Assembly: GCA_041484665.1 (NCBI GenBank)
Contig: JBGPIA010000002.1
Coordinates: 576,001-640,000 of the forward strand
Direction: 5' to 3'
Length of the DNA stretch: 64,000 nucleotides
From: Candidatus Krumholzibacteriia bacterium
Lineage (GTDB): Bacteria > Krumholzibacteriota > Krumholzibacteriia > JAJRXK01
Within the stretch, counting starts at the first letter, position 1; each line of letters opens with the position of its first letter. The translations under genes were made by a program, and so were the position numbers. The notes beneath the pieces were generated by a model. The model was not told the origin of the DNA and searched no databases. It saw only the letters and a program-made list of their open reading frames with translations. This document shows positions 47,942-57,238 of this stretch, piece by piece.

Positions 47942-48856
47942 TCAGTCTGCGACAGGATGTTGCTGCCCACCGCCCACCCCATCGCGCCACGCCTCCGCTT
48001 GCGCTAGGGCCGAGCGGGGGCTCCCGCGCAGGAGCAGCCATCCGGCGAGCAGCGCCTCGCGCAGTACCAGCGCGGGGGCCGCCGTGGGCCACTGCCAGGG
48101 CCGTGCGTGGCGCGCCAGCAGCCGCCAGGCGGCGCGGCTCTTGTGGTAGACCTTGAACGCGGACGCGTGCCCGCCCACCGAAGCGCTGACCTTGTGGTAC
48201 ACGACGGCCTGCGGCACGTAGGCGATGCGCGCGCCGCGCGCGCGCGCCCGCAGGCAGAAGTCAGCGTCCTCGCCGTAGATATAGAAGCCGTCGTCCAGGC
48301 CTCCCAGCGCGCTCCACAGCTGCGCGCGCACGGCGAGCGCGCAGCCCGTCACCCAGTCGGTAGGACCCGCGGGATCACGCCCGCTGGTGGTCCGCGCCCG
48401 CAGCGCGCGGTGGCGCCAGAGCCCCAGCCACAGGTTGGCCTCCCCTCCCCCGTACCAGATGCGGTCGGGCCGGGCGGAGTAGCAGATGCGCGGGCCGGCG
48501 ATCTGCAGCGCTGGATCGGCGGCGAATGCGCTGCCCAGCGCGCGCAGCATCCCCGGATCGACCGTAGTGTCGTTGTTGAGCAGCAGCACCACGTCGGCCC
48601 CCTGCGCGAGGAGCGCCTGCGCGCCGGCGTTGTTGCCGCCTGCGAAGCGCAGATTGGCCGGCAGGCGGAGGACGCGCACGTTCGGGTAGTGGGCCTCGAC
48701 CCAGTCGGCACTGCCATCGCGGCTCGCATTGTCCGCCACAAGCGCGATCCGGTCGGCATAATCGCAGGCGAGGAGGCTGGGCAGGCACTCGCGCAGGTGC
48801 GCGAGGCCGTTCCAGTTGAGGACCACGACCCCGATGCGCGGCAGCGCGGACGCCAT
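47942..48856 (-). CDS. Glycosyltransferase family 2
   Basis: VVLNWNG, DNASRDGS, NLRFAGGNN, LLNND, VTGCA, YGEDADFC. Confidence 0.93.
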   Translation of the reverse strand: MASALPRIGVVVLNWNGLAHLRECLPSLLACDYADRIALVADNASRDGSADWVEAHYPNVRVLRLPANLRFAGGNNAGAQALLAQGADVVLLLNNDTTVDPGMLRALGSAFAADPALQIAGPRICYSARPDRIWYGGGEANLWLGLWRHRALRARTTSGRDPAGPTDWVTGCALAVRAQLWSALGGLDDGFYIYGEDADFCLRARARGARIAYVPQAVVYHKVSASVGGHASAFKVYHKSRAAWRLLARHARPWQWPTAAPALVLREALLAGWLLLRGSPRSALAQAEAWRDGVGGGQQHPVAD

Positions 48857-48864
48857 CGCGGTCG

Positions 48865-49866
48865 CTAGTCCTCGTCGAGCAGCTGGTAGTGTGCCGCCGT
48901 GTCCCGCGAGGCTACCAGCAGCTCGGCCAACAGCCCCAGGCTCACGAACTGCACGGCCAACAGCAGCAGCGCGATGCCCAAGAGCATCAGGGGGCGCAGG
49001 CGCAGGCCGTGGCCCCCGAGCCAGATGGCGAGGAAATAGACGCAGATCCCGCCCCCCACCAACGCGAACAGCGCGGACAGGCGCCCGAAGAAGTGCAAGG
49101 GCGAGGTGCCCCGTCTCGCCAGGAACATGACCGTCATCAGATCGAACAGTCCGTTGAGGAAGCGCGCCCGGCCGAACTTGGTGGTGCCGTAGCGGCGCGC
49201 GTGGTGCGCCACCTTCTCCTCGGTCACGCGGAAGCCCTGCAGGTGCGCCAGCGCCGGCAGGTAGCGATGGAGCTCGCCGTAGACGACCAGCGACTGCGTG
49301 ACCTCACGGCGGTAGGCCTTCAAGCCACAGTTGAAATCGTGCAGGCGCAAACCGCAAGCCACACCCGTGACGAAGTTGAACAGCTTGCTGGTGGAGGTCT
49401 TGACCAGCGGATCCTTGCGGTGGTGCTTCCACCCGCTCACCAGGTCGTAGCCTTCCGCCAGCCGCTCCACCAGCTTGGGAATCTCGCCGGGCTCGTCTTG
49501 GAGGTCGGCGTCGATGGTGACGACCACGCTGCCACGCGCGTGCTTGAACCCCACGGCCAGCGCCGCGGACTTGCCGTAGTTGCGCCGGAAGCTCAGCAGC
49601 CGCAGCTGCGCGTGGCGCCGCTGCAACTCGCGCGCCACCTCGCGCGTGGCGTCGGTGCTGCCGTCGTTGATCACCAGGATCTCCGTGCGCGCGGTGAGCG
49701 GAGCGGTCGCGGCTGCGATCCGCTCCACCAGCTCCGGCAGGCTCTCCGCCTCGTTGTACGCCGGCACGAGCACGGTGAGGTCGGCCAGCGCCCCCGCCCG
49801 GAACAGCGCCGCAACTGCGGACGCGCGCGCCGGGACCAGGCCGGCCGTGCCGGGCGCAGCGCTCAC
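48865..49866 (-). CDS. ArnC/GtrB-like polyprenyl-phosphate glycosyltransferase (GT2)
   Basis: VPAYNE, NDGSTD, RNYGKSAAL, DADLQDEP, HDFNCGLKAYR, GELHRYLP, two C-terminal TM helices. Confidence 0.93.
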   Translation of the reverse strand: MSAAPGTAGLVPARASAVAALFRAGALADLTVLVPAYNEAESLPELVERIAAATAPLTARTEILVINDGSTDATREVARELQRRHAQLRLLSFRRNYGKSAALAVGFKHARGSVVVTIDADLQDEPGEIPKLVERLAEGYDLVSGWKHHRKDPLVKTSTSKLFNFVTGVACGLRLHDFNCGLKAYRREVTQSLVVYGELHRYLPALAHLQGFRVTEEKVAHHARRYGTTKFGRARFLNGLFDLMTVMFLARRGTSPLHFFGRLSALFALVGGGICVYFLAIWLGGHGLRLRPLMLLGIALLLLAVQFVSLGLLAELLVASRDTAAHYQLLDED

Positions 49867-50939
49867 GGGCGCGCCCTGCGGGTGGCGGAGTCCCCGGGCT
49901 GGGCGGCCGCATCGGCGGCCGCCTCGGCCGCCACCCAGCGCGCCTGGGCGTCGAGCCCCTCGCGCAGCTCGACGGCTGCGGCGAAGCCGATCGCCACGCG
50001 GGCGAGCGTGCCGTCGGCGTAGGTGTGCATCACGTCGCCGGCGATGGGCTCGCCGTGCGCGATCGTGATCGAGCGCGCCAGGCCGTGCGCCACGGCGCTC
50101 TCCCGCAGCACCGCGAGCGCGTCGAGCAGGCCGACGCGGGCGCCCCCGCCGATGTTGTAGACGCCGTAGGGAGCGCGATCGTCGGCTGCGAGCAGGTTGG
50201 CGCGTACTGCGTCGGACACGTAGGTGAAGTCGCGCGTCTGGTGGCCGTCGCCGTAGACCACCCACGGCTGCCCGCGCCGGGCGGCGTCCAGGAACTTGCG
50301 GAACGCCATGTCGGGGCGCTGCCGCGGTCCGTAAACGGTGAAATAGCGCAGGCTGCTGCAGGGCAAGCCGAAGTTGGCCGCGTAGAGCGCGCACAGATGC
50401 TCGGCGGCGAGCTTGGTCACACCGTAGGGGCTGAACGGCCGCTTCTCGGAATCCTCGGCCACCGGATAGCGCGTCTGGTTGCCGTAGACTGAGCTGCTGC
50501 TGCTGTAGACCACCCGCTGCAGCGCTCCACCGGCGCGGCGCACCTCCACGCAGGCCTCCAACAGCCGCTGCGTCGCGCGCACGTTGGAGCGCAAGTAGAC
50601 GTCGAACTCGTTCCCCCACGAGGCGCGCACGCCCGCCTGCGCGGCGAGATGGAAGCAGATCTCCCGGCCGGCAAGCAGAGGCCGCAGCTCGAGCGCATTC
50701 AGGTCGCCCTCCACCAGGCGGAAGCGTGCGTGGGCCACGGCGCCGAGCAGATTGCGCCGCTTGAGGGCGGGATCGTAGTAATCGCTGAAGCAGTCCACGC
50801 CCAGCACGTCATGGCCGCCCGCCAGCAGCGCGTCGGTGAGCGTGCTGCCCAGGAACCCCGCGCAGCCGGTGACCAGCACGGCGCGCGGAGGGCCCCGCCA
50901 GGCTGCCGGCAGCTCGAGGGGCAGCTGGTCCAAGGTCAC
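49863..50939 (-). CDS. NAD-dependent nucleotide-sugar epimerase (UDP-glucuronate 4-epimerase-like)
   Basis: VTGCAGFLG, DYYDPALK, HLAAQAGVR, SSSSVYG, YGVTK, RYFTVYGPRQRPDMA. Confidence 0.93.
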   Translation of the reverse strand: MTLDQLPLELPAAWRGPPRAVLVTGCAGFLGSTLTDALLAGGHDVLGVDCFSDYYDPALKRRNLLGAVAHARFRLVEGDLNALELRPLLAGREICFHLAAQAGVRASWGNEFDVYLRSNVRATQRLLEACVEVRRAGGALQRVVYSSSSSVYGNQTRYPVAEDSEKRPFSPYGVTKLAAEHLCALYAANFGLPCSSLRYFTVYGPRQRPDMAFRKFLDAARRGQPWVVYGDGHQTRDFTYVSDAVRANLLAADDRAPYGVYNIGGGARVGLLDALAVLRESAVAHGLARSITIAHGEPIAGDVMHTYADGTLARVAIGFAAAVELREGLDAQARWVAAEAAADAAAQPGDSATRRARP

Positions 50940-53584
50940 GGGGTTCCTCCCGGCGCTCCACCCGGCGTCGTACCCGGGGCGCCGGCCGGTGGCATCGCCG
51001 GCAATAACAGGGCGGAATCGCCGGCGGCGCCGCCGGCGCGCATGGCCCGGAAGCGCTCCAGCTCGGCGGCAGCATCGCGATTCCCAGTGCGCGCAACCCA
51101 CTCGGCGAGCACACGCTCCGCCTCGTCGTCCTCGCCGCGCGCGCGATGGACGCGGAACAGGAGCTGGGCGCTGATCGAATCGTCGGGCAGGCGCTGCTGC
51201 ACCTTGCGCGCCCAGTCCAGCGCGAGATCTTTCTCGCCCAGCGCGGCCAGGCCGTCGCCGATGTCGAAGGCCAGCTGGTCGAGCGCCCGCCCATCGGTGA
51301 GCGTGCTCAGGTAGCGCTCCCCGACCTGCACCACCTTGGCCGTGTTGTGCAGCTGCAGGTACACCAGAGGCAGCATCTCCACCACCACCTGGAAGCCGGG
51401 ATCCATGTGGTAGGCGGCTTCCAGCGCGGTCGCCGCCTCCGCGTAGTCCTGCTTGCCCACCTCCTCGTAGGCAGCGCGGCAGAGGGCCGCGGGGTAGTTG
51501 CGCAGCAGATGCGCGGTGTTGGAGTCGCGATACACGGTGGTGTCGGTCTCTCCCTGGGCGTTGAGCACGCTGCGCAGGTCGTAGACCTGGGTGAGGTTGT
51601 GCACGATCGCCTCGCTGTCCACCGCTGGCGCCGGGGGCTTCTCCTCGTTCTTGTGGGTGTGGTCGAAGCGGTAGACGAGTCCCTCCATGCGCAGATAGGG
51701 AAGGAAGTCCGCGATGGCGTCGTCGGGGATGGTCACGGCGAAGTAGATCGCGCGCTTGGGCCCCGCCAGGTTCGTGCGCAGGATATGCCACACCGCCATG
51801 TCGCGCACGTAGAGCACCTTGTTGTCGGGCAGACGCTGCGCCAGCAGGTAGGTCTGGAAGGCGTGCTCGAAGTCGCGATGAGTGATGGTGGCCGTGCCGT
51901 TGATCTGGTCGTCGCTCCACGCGATGGGGACCTTGGGCGCATAGTCGCGCAGCTGCAGGATGTACCACGGCAGATTCACCAGGCTGAGGTTGACCACCCG
52001 CACGTCGGTACGGAAGTGCTCGACCTCCTGCAGGTACCAGAGCGGAAAGGTATCGTTGTCGCCGTTGGTGAACAGGATGGCGTCCTGCGGCAGGCCCATC
52101 AGCATGTTGTAGCCGTAATTGCGCGCGATCACGTCGTGGCTGCGGTCGTGCTCGAACCACTTGGGGTGGTGGGCCCTGGCCATCAGTACCGGCAGGAGCG
52201 GCAGGATCAAGAGCAGCGTGCCCACGGCGATCGTGAGCAGCCGCTGCAGCGCGCGGCCGCGCAGCACAAGCCACAACAGGCGCAGCAGACCGCCCGCGCC
52301 CAGCCCGATGAACATCGCCAGGAACTGGTAGGCGCCGAAGAAGAAATAATCGCGGTCACGCACCTCCTCACTGGTGAAATTCAGGAAGAGGATCAGGCCG
52401 ACGGAGTTCACCAGCAGGTTGGTGAAGATCGACGTGAACAGCCGCGCGTGGCCGCGGGCCTGGCACCACAGGCCGTAGAGCCATAAGGCCAGCGGAAGGA
52501 AGCTGTCCAGGAAGCCGTGGCGCGGCATGAAGGTGAACTGCTGCAAATAGCCGATCACCCGCTGCCCGGCCATCTGGTTCGCCTTCCAGAGCACGCTGCC
52601 CCAAAACTGCCCGAACTGCCACCACAGCGGCGCCTCCCGCACGAACATCGAGCGCGGCGGGTACTGCTCGCGGCGCAGGACCGACAACAGCGTCTGGAAG
52701 CTGGTGGGGTCGGTTTCGTTGATCATCGGGTCGTGGTGCGCTCGGATGAGCATGAACAGGTGGGTGGAGAGCCCTAGGGTGAACAGCCCGATGCCCGCCA
52801 GCGCGAACCCGCGGCGGCGGACCATCCGCCCCACCGCCAGCGACAGCGAGCCCAGCCCGAGTAACCAGGTCGTCCCCACCAGCACCGGGTGGGAGCCCAG
52901 GGTCGAGACCACGAACGCCGTCATGAACGCCGACACGATCCACAGATCGATGCTGCGCAGCGCCTTGCGGTCGGCCAGCACGACCAGCACGACCACGCCG
53001 GGAAACACCAGAATCGATCCCAAGTGGAAACCGATCGACAGGCCCATGATGTAGACGATGAGCAGCATGAGCGTGTGGGAGGAGTCCTTCTCCCGCACGT
53101 CGTACCAGCGCAGCGCGAGGTAGCTGGTGATGGCCAGCGTGAACGCCGCCATGGCGTAGACCTCGGCCTCGATGGCGTTGTCCCAGAAGGTGAAGCTGAA
53201 GGCCAGGAAGCAGGCGCCGATGGCCGCGCCCAGCCGCACAACCCAGGTCGGGCTGGGCTGCTCGCGCTCTTCCGCCCAGCTGCGCTGCAGGCGCACGCCG
53301 GCGAGGTACGAGAACATGACCGCCAGCGCGCCGAAGAAGCTGCTCATAAGGTTGATCTTCTTGGCCACCGCGAAGCCCAGCGGCAGCAGCGAGAAGACCC
53401 TCCCCGCGAGCACGTACAGGGGTGTTCCGGGCTGGTGGGGGATCCCCAGCCGGTAGGCGGTCGCGGTGAACTCCCCGCAGTCCCAGAAGGCGATGGAGGG
53501 GGAAGTCGTGGCGGCGTAGACGAAGAGTGCCAGCAGGAACAGTCCGGTGGCGACCCAGGCGTTGCGGTCCAGCAACCTCTGCAT
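50936..53584 (-). CDS. DUF2723 / TMEM260-like membrane glycosyltransferase with C-terminal TPR-like region
   Basis: SIAFWDCGEF...LGIPHQPGTPLY, FWDNAIEAEVY, RREQY, EVRDRDYFF, FTNGDNDTFPLWYLQEVE..RTDVRVVNLSL. Confidence 0.92.
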   Translation of the reverse strand: MQRLLDRNAWVATGLFLLALFVYAATTSPSIAFWDCGEFTATAYRLGIPHQPGTPLYVLAGRVFSLLPLGFAVAKKINLMSSFFGALAVMFSYLAGVRLQRSWAEEREQPSPTWVVRLGAAIGACFLAFSFTFWDNAIEAEVYAMAAFTLAITSYLALRWYDVREKDSSHTLMLLIVYIMGLSIGFHLGSILVFPGVVVLVVLADRKALRSIDLWIVSAFMTAFVVSTLGSHPVLVGTTWLLGLGSLSLAVGRMVRRRGFALAGIGLFTLGLSTHLFMLIRAHHDPMINETDPTSFQTLLSVLRREQYPPRSMFVREAPLWWQFGQFWGSVLWKANQMAGQRVIGYLQQFTFMPRHGFLDSFLPLALWLYGLWCQARGHARLFTSIFTNLLVNSVGLILFLNFTSEEVRDRDYFFFGAYQFLAMFIGLGAGGLLRLLWLVLRGRALQRLLTIAVGTLLLILPLLPVLMARAHHPKWFEHDRSHDVIARNYGYNMLMGLPQDAILFTNGDNDTFPLWYLQEVEHFRTDVRVVNLSLVNLPWYILQLRDYAPKVPIAWSDDQINGTATITHRDFEHAFQTYLLAQRLPDNKVLYVRDMAVWHILRTNLAGPKRAIYFAVTIPDDAIADFLPYLRMEGLVYRFDHTHKNEEKPPAPAVDSEAIVHNLTQVYDLRSVLNAQGETDTTVYRDSNTAHLLRNYPAALCRAAYEEVGKQDYAEAATALEAAYHMDPGFQVVVEMLPLVYLQLHNTAKVVQVGERYLSTLTDGRALDQLAFDIGDGLAALGEKDLALDWARKVQQRLPDDSISAQLLFRVHRARGEDDEAERVLAEWVARTGNRDAAAELERFRAMRAGGAAGDSALLLPAMPPAGAPGTTPGGAPGGTP

Positions 53585-53652
53585 GAGAACGGCGGCCTTC
53601 CCTGTGAGCGCTCGGGGTCGCGTGGGGAGGGTCCCCCCGTGGTCGAGGCGGA

Positions 53653-53663
53653 ACGTTAGCACA
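53653..53663 (-). promoter_or_regulatory. Possible extended -10 promoter for the DUF2723 gene
   Basis: TGTG-C-TAACGT in the intergenic gap. Confidence 0.35.
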
Positions 53664-53758
53664 GGCCGCGCGGCCGCGCGACGTGGACCTCGGACCCCGC
53701 TGAGCGTGCAACACCGCCTGGCGCCGCCGGTTCCACCGCAGGCCCTGGACGGCCGCGG

Positions 53759-54781
53759 CTAGGCCGCGGCGGGCGCTCGCCCCTGCCCGCGCAGCAGCCG
53801 CAGCGCCAGCAGCACCCCGCCAATCAGGCTGAGGGCGACCTGCACCAGGTAGGTGGCCAGCTGCATCGCCACCGCCTCGGCCGGACCCAGCCCCAGGGCC
53901 GGCATCGTGCGCGCGGCGGCCAGCTCGCGCAGCCCCAGGCCGTTGAAGGTGATCGGCAACGTCGTCACCACACCCAGCACCGGGACGACCACGTACAGCC
54001 CCAGCACACGCGCGGGCGGCAGCGCCATTCCCATCGCGGCGGCCACCGCCAGGTGGGTCAGCACGCGCGTGGCCTGCACCACGAGGGACAAGAGCAGGAG
54101 CCGCAGCAGCAGCGCCGGAGCCATGCGGAATGTGCGCAGCTCGTCGGTCACGCGGGCGACGCGGCCGGCGAGACGCTGCAGGCCAACGCGCCGCAGCGCG
54201 CGCACGACGACGCCGGCCATGCGGCGCGAGAGCAGAGCGAGGAGCAACGCCACCAGAGGCAGACAGGCGGCCCACAGCACGCCCCACGGCAGCCCCGCGG
54301 GAGCGCGCCCCCCCAGCGCGGCGGCAGCGACGAACGCTAGCGCCATCAGCGCGACGAGCCCCAGGAGGCGGTCCAAGAGCGTGCCCGCCAGCGCGCGGGC
54401 CAGGCCGCCCGGTCCGTCGGCCAGCGCCACGTCCACGACCTTGACCGCGTCGCCGCCCACGTTGCTCAGCATGAAGTTGTTCAGGAAGGTCCCGATCCAA
54501 TAGAGCGACAGCAGCCGCCGCGCGGGCAGGCACACGCCGCTGTGACGCAGGATCAGGATCCACTGCAACGCTCCCAGCATGGTGCTGACAGCCAGCACCG
54601 CGAGCGCCGGCCAGAGCCGCGCCGGGTGCAGCGTATCCAGCCGCGCCGCCGCTCCGTGCAGGGTATGCAGCAGCCACGCCAGGAGCGCCGCGGACAGCGC
54701 CGCGCGCAACACGATGGAAAGCCAGGCCCGTCGCTTCGGCCGGGCACGCGGGCGGATGGAGTCGGCGGCCGGAGCGCTCAC
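53759..54781 (-). CDS. Lysylphosphatidylglycerol-synthase TM domain (UPF0104) flippase-like protein
   Basis: GTFLNNFMLSNVGGDAVK, LLDRLLG, LPITFNGLGLRE; multiple TM helices. Confidence 0.9.
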   Translation of the reverse strand: MSAPAADSIRPRARPKRRAWLSIVLRAALSAALLAWLLHTLHGAAARLDTLHPARLWPALAVLAVSTMLGALQWILILRHSGVCLPARRLLSLYWIGTFLNNFMLSNVGGDAVKVVDVALADGPGGLARALAGTLLDRLLGLVALMALAFVAAAALGGRAPAGLPWGVLWAACLPLVALLLALLSRRMAGVVVRALRRVGLQRLAGRVARVTDELRTFRMAPALLLRLLLLSLVVQATRVLTHLAVAAAMGMALPPARVLGLYVVVPVLGVVTTLPITFNGLGLRELAAARTMPALGLGPAEAVAMQLATYLVQVALSLIGGVLLALRLLRGQGRAPAAA

Positions 54782-55896
54782 CGTGCCTCTTCCACGCAGA
54801 GCTGCAGGAGCTCTTCGGTGCGCTGGGCGGCCGTCTCCCAGCTGAAGCTGCGCGCCCAGCGCACCGCGTTCTGGGAGCAGGCGCGCCAGCGGGGCGGATC
54901 GCCGAGCAGGTCGAGCGCCTTGGCGGCAAAGTCCGCGGGATCGCCGTAGCGGGCCAGCAGCCCCGTCTCGCCATCGCGCACCGAGTCCAGCAGGCCGGGC
55001 CGCCGGCTGGCGACCACCGGGACTCCGCACTCGTTGGCCTCGATCACGGTCAGCCCCCACCCCTCCTTCGGGCTGGGGTTGAGGCACAGATGGCAGCGGT
55101 ACAGCAGGTCCACGACCTGCGGGCGCGGGAGCCAGCCGTGGAAGCGCACCCGCTCGGCGAGCCCCAGCCGGTGCGCCACGCGGCGCAGGCGTGGCAGGTC
55201 GGGGCCGTTGCCCACGATCTCCAGCGTGACATCCGGCAGCGGTTCCTGCAGCAGGGCGAGCGCGCGCAACGCCACGTCCACGCTCTTGTATCGGCGCAGG
55301 CGTCCCAGATGCACCAAGGTCGGTGCCGCGTTGCGCGGGGGCGGCGGGTCGCGCACGTAGGCGTCGTGATCCATGCCGCAGTGGATGACCGAGATGCGCT
55401 CCGGACGGACACCGCGCCGCGCCAGGTCCAAGGCGGTGCTGTCGCTGATCACCAGGAAGCGGCAGCGGCGGTACACGAGCGCGATCGGCTGCTCGAACAC
55501 CGCCACGTAGGTCGCGGTCAGCGGGCCCGTCTCGCGGTAGACCGTTCTCCCGAACAGGTGGGGGACCAGGGCGAGCACGGGCAGCCGCGTGTGCAGCGGA
55601 GTGAAGAACGGGATCTTGTTGATGTCATCGATGACGATATCGTAGCGACGCCGCCGCAGCTCGTCGCGCAGGAGCCCTGGGAGCACGAGATTGGCCAGCT
55701 TCCACGGGCCGCGCCGACGGTAGCGGATGCCGTCGGGCGCCACCTCCTCGGGCGCCGCGCCCGGGTAGGCGCACGCCAGCCAGGTGACGGCGTGCCCGCG
55801 CGCGGCCAGCCGACGCAGGATCTCATGGAGGTGGACCTCCGCGCCCCCGGCCATGGGATCACCGCGGTCGCGCCAGTTCACTGCAAGGATCCTCAG
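54778..55896 (-). CDS. Glycosyltransferase family 4 (probable CTG start)
   Basis: RILAVNWRD...AGGAEVH, LGRLRRYK, KEGWGLTVIEA, DGETGLL. Confidence 0.93.
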   Translation of the reverse strand: MRILAVNWRDRGDPMAGGAEVHLHEILRRLAARGHAVTWLACAYPGAAPEEVAPDGIRYRRRGPWKLANLVLPGLLRDELRRRRYDIVIDDINKIPFFTPLHTRLPVLALVPHLFGRTVYRETGPLTATYVAVFEQPIALVYRRCRFLVISDSTALDLARRGVRPERISVIHCGMDHDAYVRDPPPPRNAAPTLVHLGRLRRYKSVDVALRALALLQEPLPDVTLEIVGNGPDLPRLRRVAHRLGLAERVRFHGWLPRPQVVDLLYRCHLCLNPSPKEGWGLTVIEANECGVPVVASRRPGLLDSVRDGETGLLARYGDPADFAAKALDLLGDPPRWRACSQNAVRWARSFSWETAAQRTEELLQLCVEEAR

Positions 55897-56768
55897 GAGC
55901 CGCTCCCTGCGCGGACGCGCGCAGATCCGGCGCCCGCCGCGCGAGCGTCCGCCGCCGTATTGCGCGCGCCCGCAGCCGATGCGGGCGCGCTCGCGACCTT
56001 GCGCCCGATGCAGCCGATCACGATGGTGGTGTACAGGGAGACCCGCCGCGCCGAGAACCAGCGCCGCCAGGCGGCGCCCAGCTCCGCCAGCAGGGGGATC
56101 CCCCGGGGATACATGGGGAGGCGCGTGCCGGCGGTCGTGAGCAGCACTTTGCGCAACGCTCGGTACCACAGGCCCGGGACCATCCAGTCGCCGTAGCTGC
56201 GCACCGGCGCCAGCCCCGCCTCGCGCAGCAGCCCCTCCAGCTCGCCGATGCTGAACTCGGTCTCCCAGCCGGCGAACCACTTGTCCACGAGCATGAGCGC
56301 GTGCTTGCCCAGCGTGTAGTAGTGCCAGCGCTGCGGCACGTCGACCAGCAGCAGCCCCCCGTCGCGCAGGACGCGCACGTTCTCGCGCAGCATGGGGCGC
56401 GGATCGCGGAAGTGCTCCAGCAGCCCCTGGTGGAAGACCAAGTCGAAGGTGCCGTCGGGAAACGGCAGGCGAAGCCCGTCGCCGCCCACTACGGCGACGC
56501 CGGCCCCGGTGGCCGTGGCGGTGGCCTGGATCAGGCGCAGGCTCTGCGGGGCGTAGTCGAGCGTCACCACGCTCGCGCCCGCCGCGGCCAGCGCGAGGCT
56601 GTCGCGCCCCGTGCCCGCCCCGACCTCCAGGATGCGCAGCCCGCGCGGGTTCACGACGCCGAAGATCTCCCGCAGGATGCGGCCGTCGTTGCCGTAGACG
56701 TCGGCCAGCGAGAGCTCGCCGGCCTCCGTCCAGAACCGCTCCCAGTGCTCTTTCCGGGACTGCCGCAT
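55893..56768 (-). CDS. Class I SAM-dependent methyltransferase
   Basis: ILEVGAGTG, LPFPDGTFDLV, LLEHF, RVLRDGG. Confidence 0.92.
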   Translation of the reverse strand: MRQSRKEHWERFWTEAGELSLADVYGNDGRILREIFGVVNPRGLRILEVGAGTGRDSLALAAAGASVVTLDYAPQSLRLIQATATATGAGVAVVGGDGLRLPFPDGTFDLVFHQGLLEHFRDPRPMLRENVRVLRDGGLLLVDVPQRWHYYTLGKHALMLVDKWFAGWETEFSIGELEGLLREAGLAPVRSYGDWMVPGLWYRALRKVLLTTAGTRLPMYPRGIPLLAELGAAWRRWFSARRVSLYTTIVIGCIGRKVASAPASAAGARNTAADARAAGAGSARVRAGSGS

Positions 56769-56774
56769 CGTGCG

Positions 56775-56804
56775 ATTCTACCCGCGGTGGGACGGGACCG
56801 GCAA
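56775..56804 (-). promoter_or_regulatory. sigma70 promoter giving a probable leaderless transcript
   Basis: TTGCCG - 18 nt - TAGAAT - 6 nt - ATG (56768); no SD sequence. Confidence 0.55.
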
Positions 56805-56824
56805 CGCGCCGGCGCGCCGCAGGG

Positions 56825-57232
56825 TCAACCGGCCGCCTCGCGCCGCAGGCGGTCCAGGACGCCGTTGACGAAGCGTGCGGCGTCCTCCGTGCCGAAGGTG
56901 CGAGCCAGCTCCAGGGCCTCGTTGAGGGCGACGGCGGGGGGCGTCTGCGGAACGTAGAGCAGCTCGGCCAGCGCCATGCGCAGGATGCACCGCTCCACCA
57001 CCCCGACGCGGCTGGGGTCCCAGCCGATCAGGCTCGCGTCGATGCGAGCGTCCAGCTCGGTGCGGTGCTGCCCGACCTCTGCCGTGAGCAGCCGCGCGTA
57101 CTCGAGGGAGTCGGGGCCGGGCTTGCGGCGCTCCGCCTGGTCGTCGACGGCCTGCGCCACGGAGCCGCCGCCCACCTCCGCCGCGTAGAGCGCCTGCAAC
57201 GCCAACTCCCTTGCCTTGCGCCGGCGTCCCAC
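56825..57232 (-). CDS. nusB: Transcription antitermination factor NusB
   Basis: RRKARELALQALY, ILRMALAE, NEALELARTF, FVNGVLD. Confidence 0.97.
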   Translation of the reverse strand: MGRRRKARELALQALYAAEVGGGSVAQAVDDQAERRKPGPDSLEYARLLTAEVGQHRTELDARIDASLIGWDPSRVGVVERCILRMALAELLYVPQTPPAVALNEALELARTFGTEDAARFVNGVLDRLRREAAG

Positions 57233-57238
57233 GCCGGG

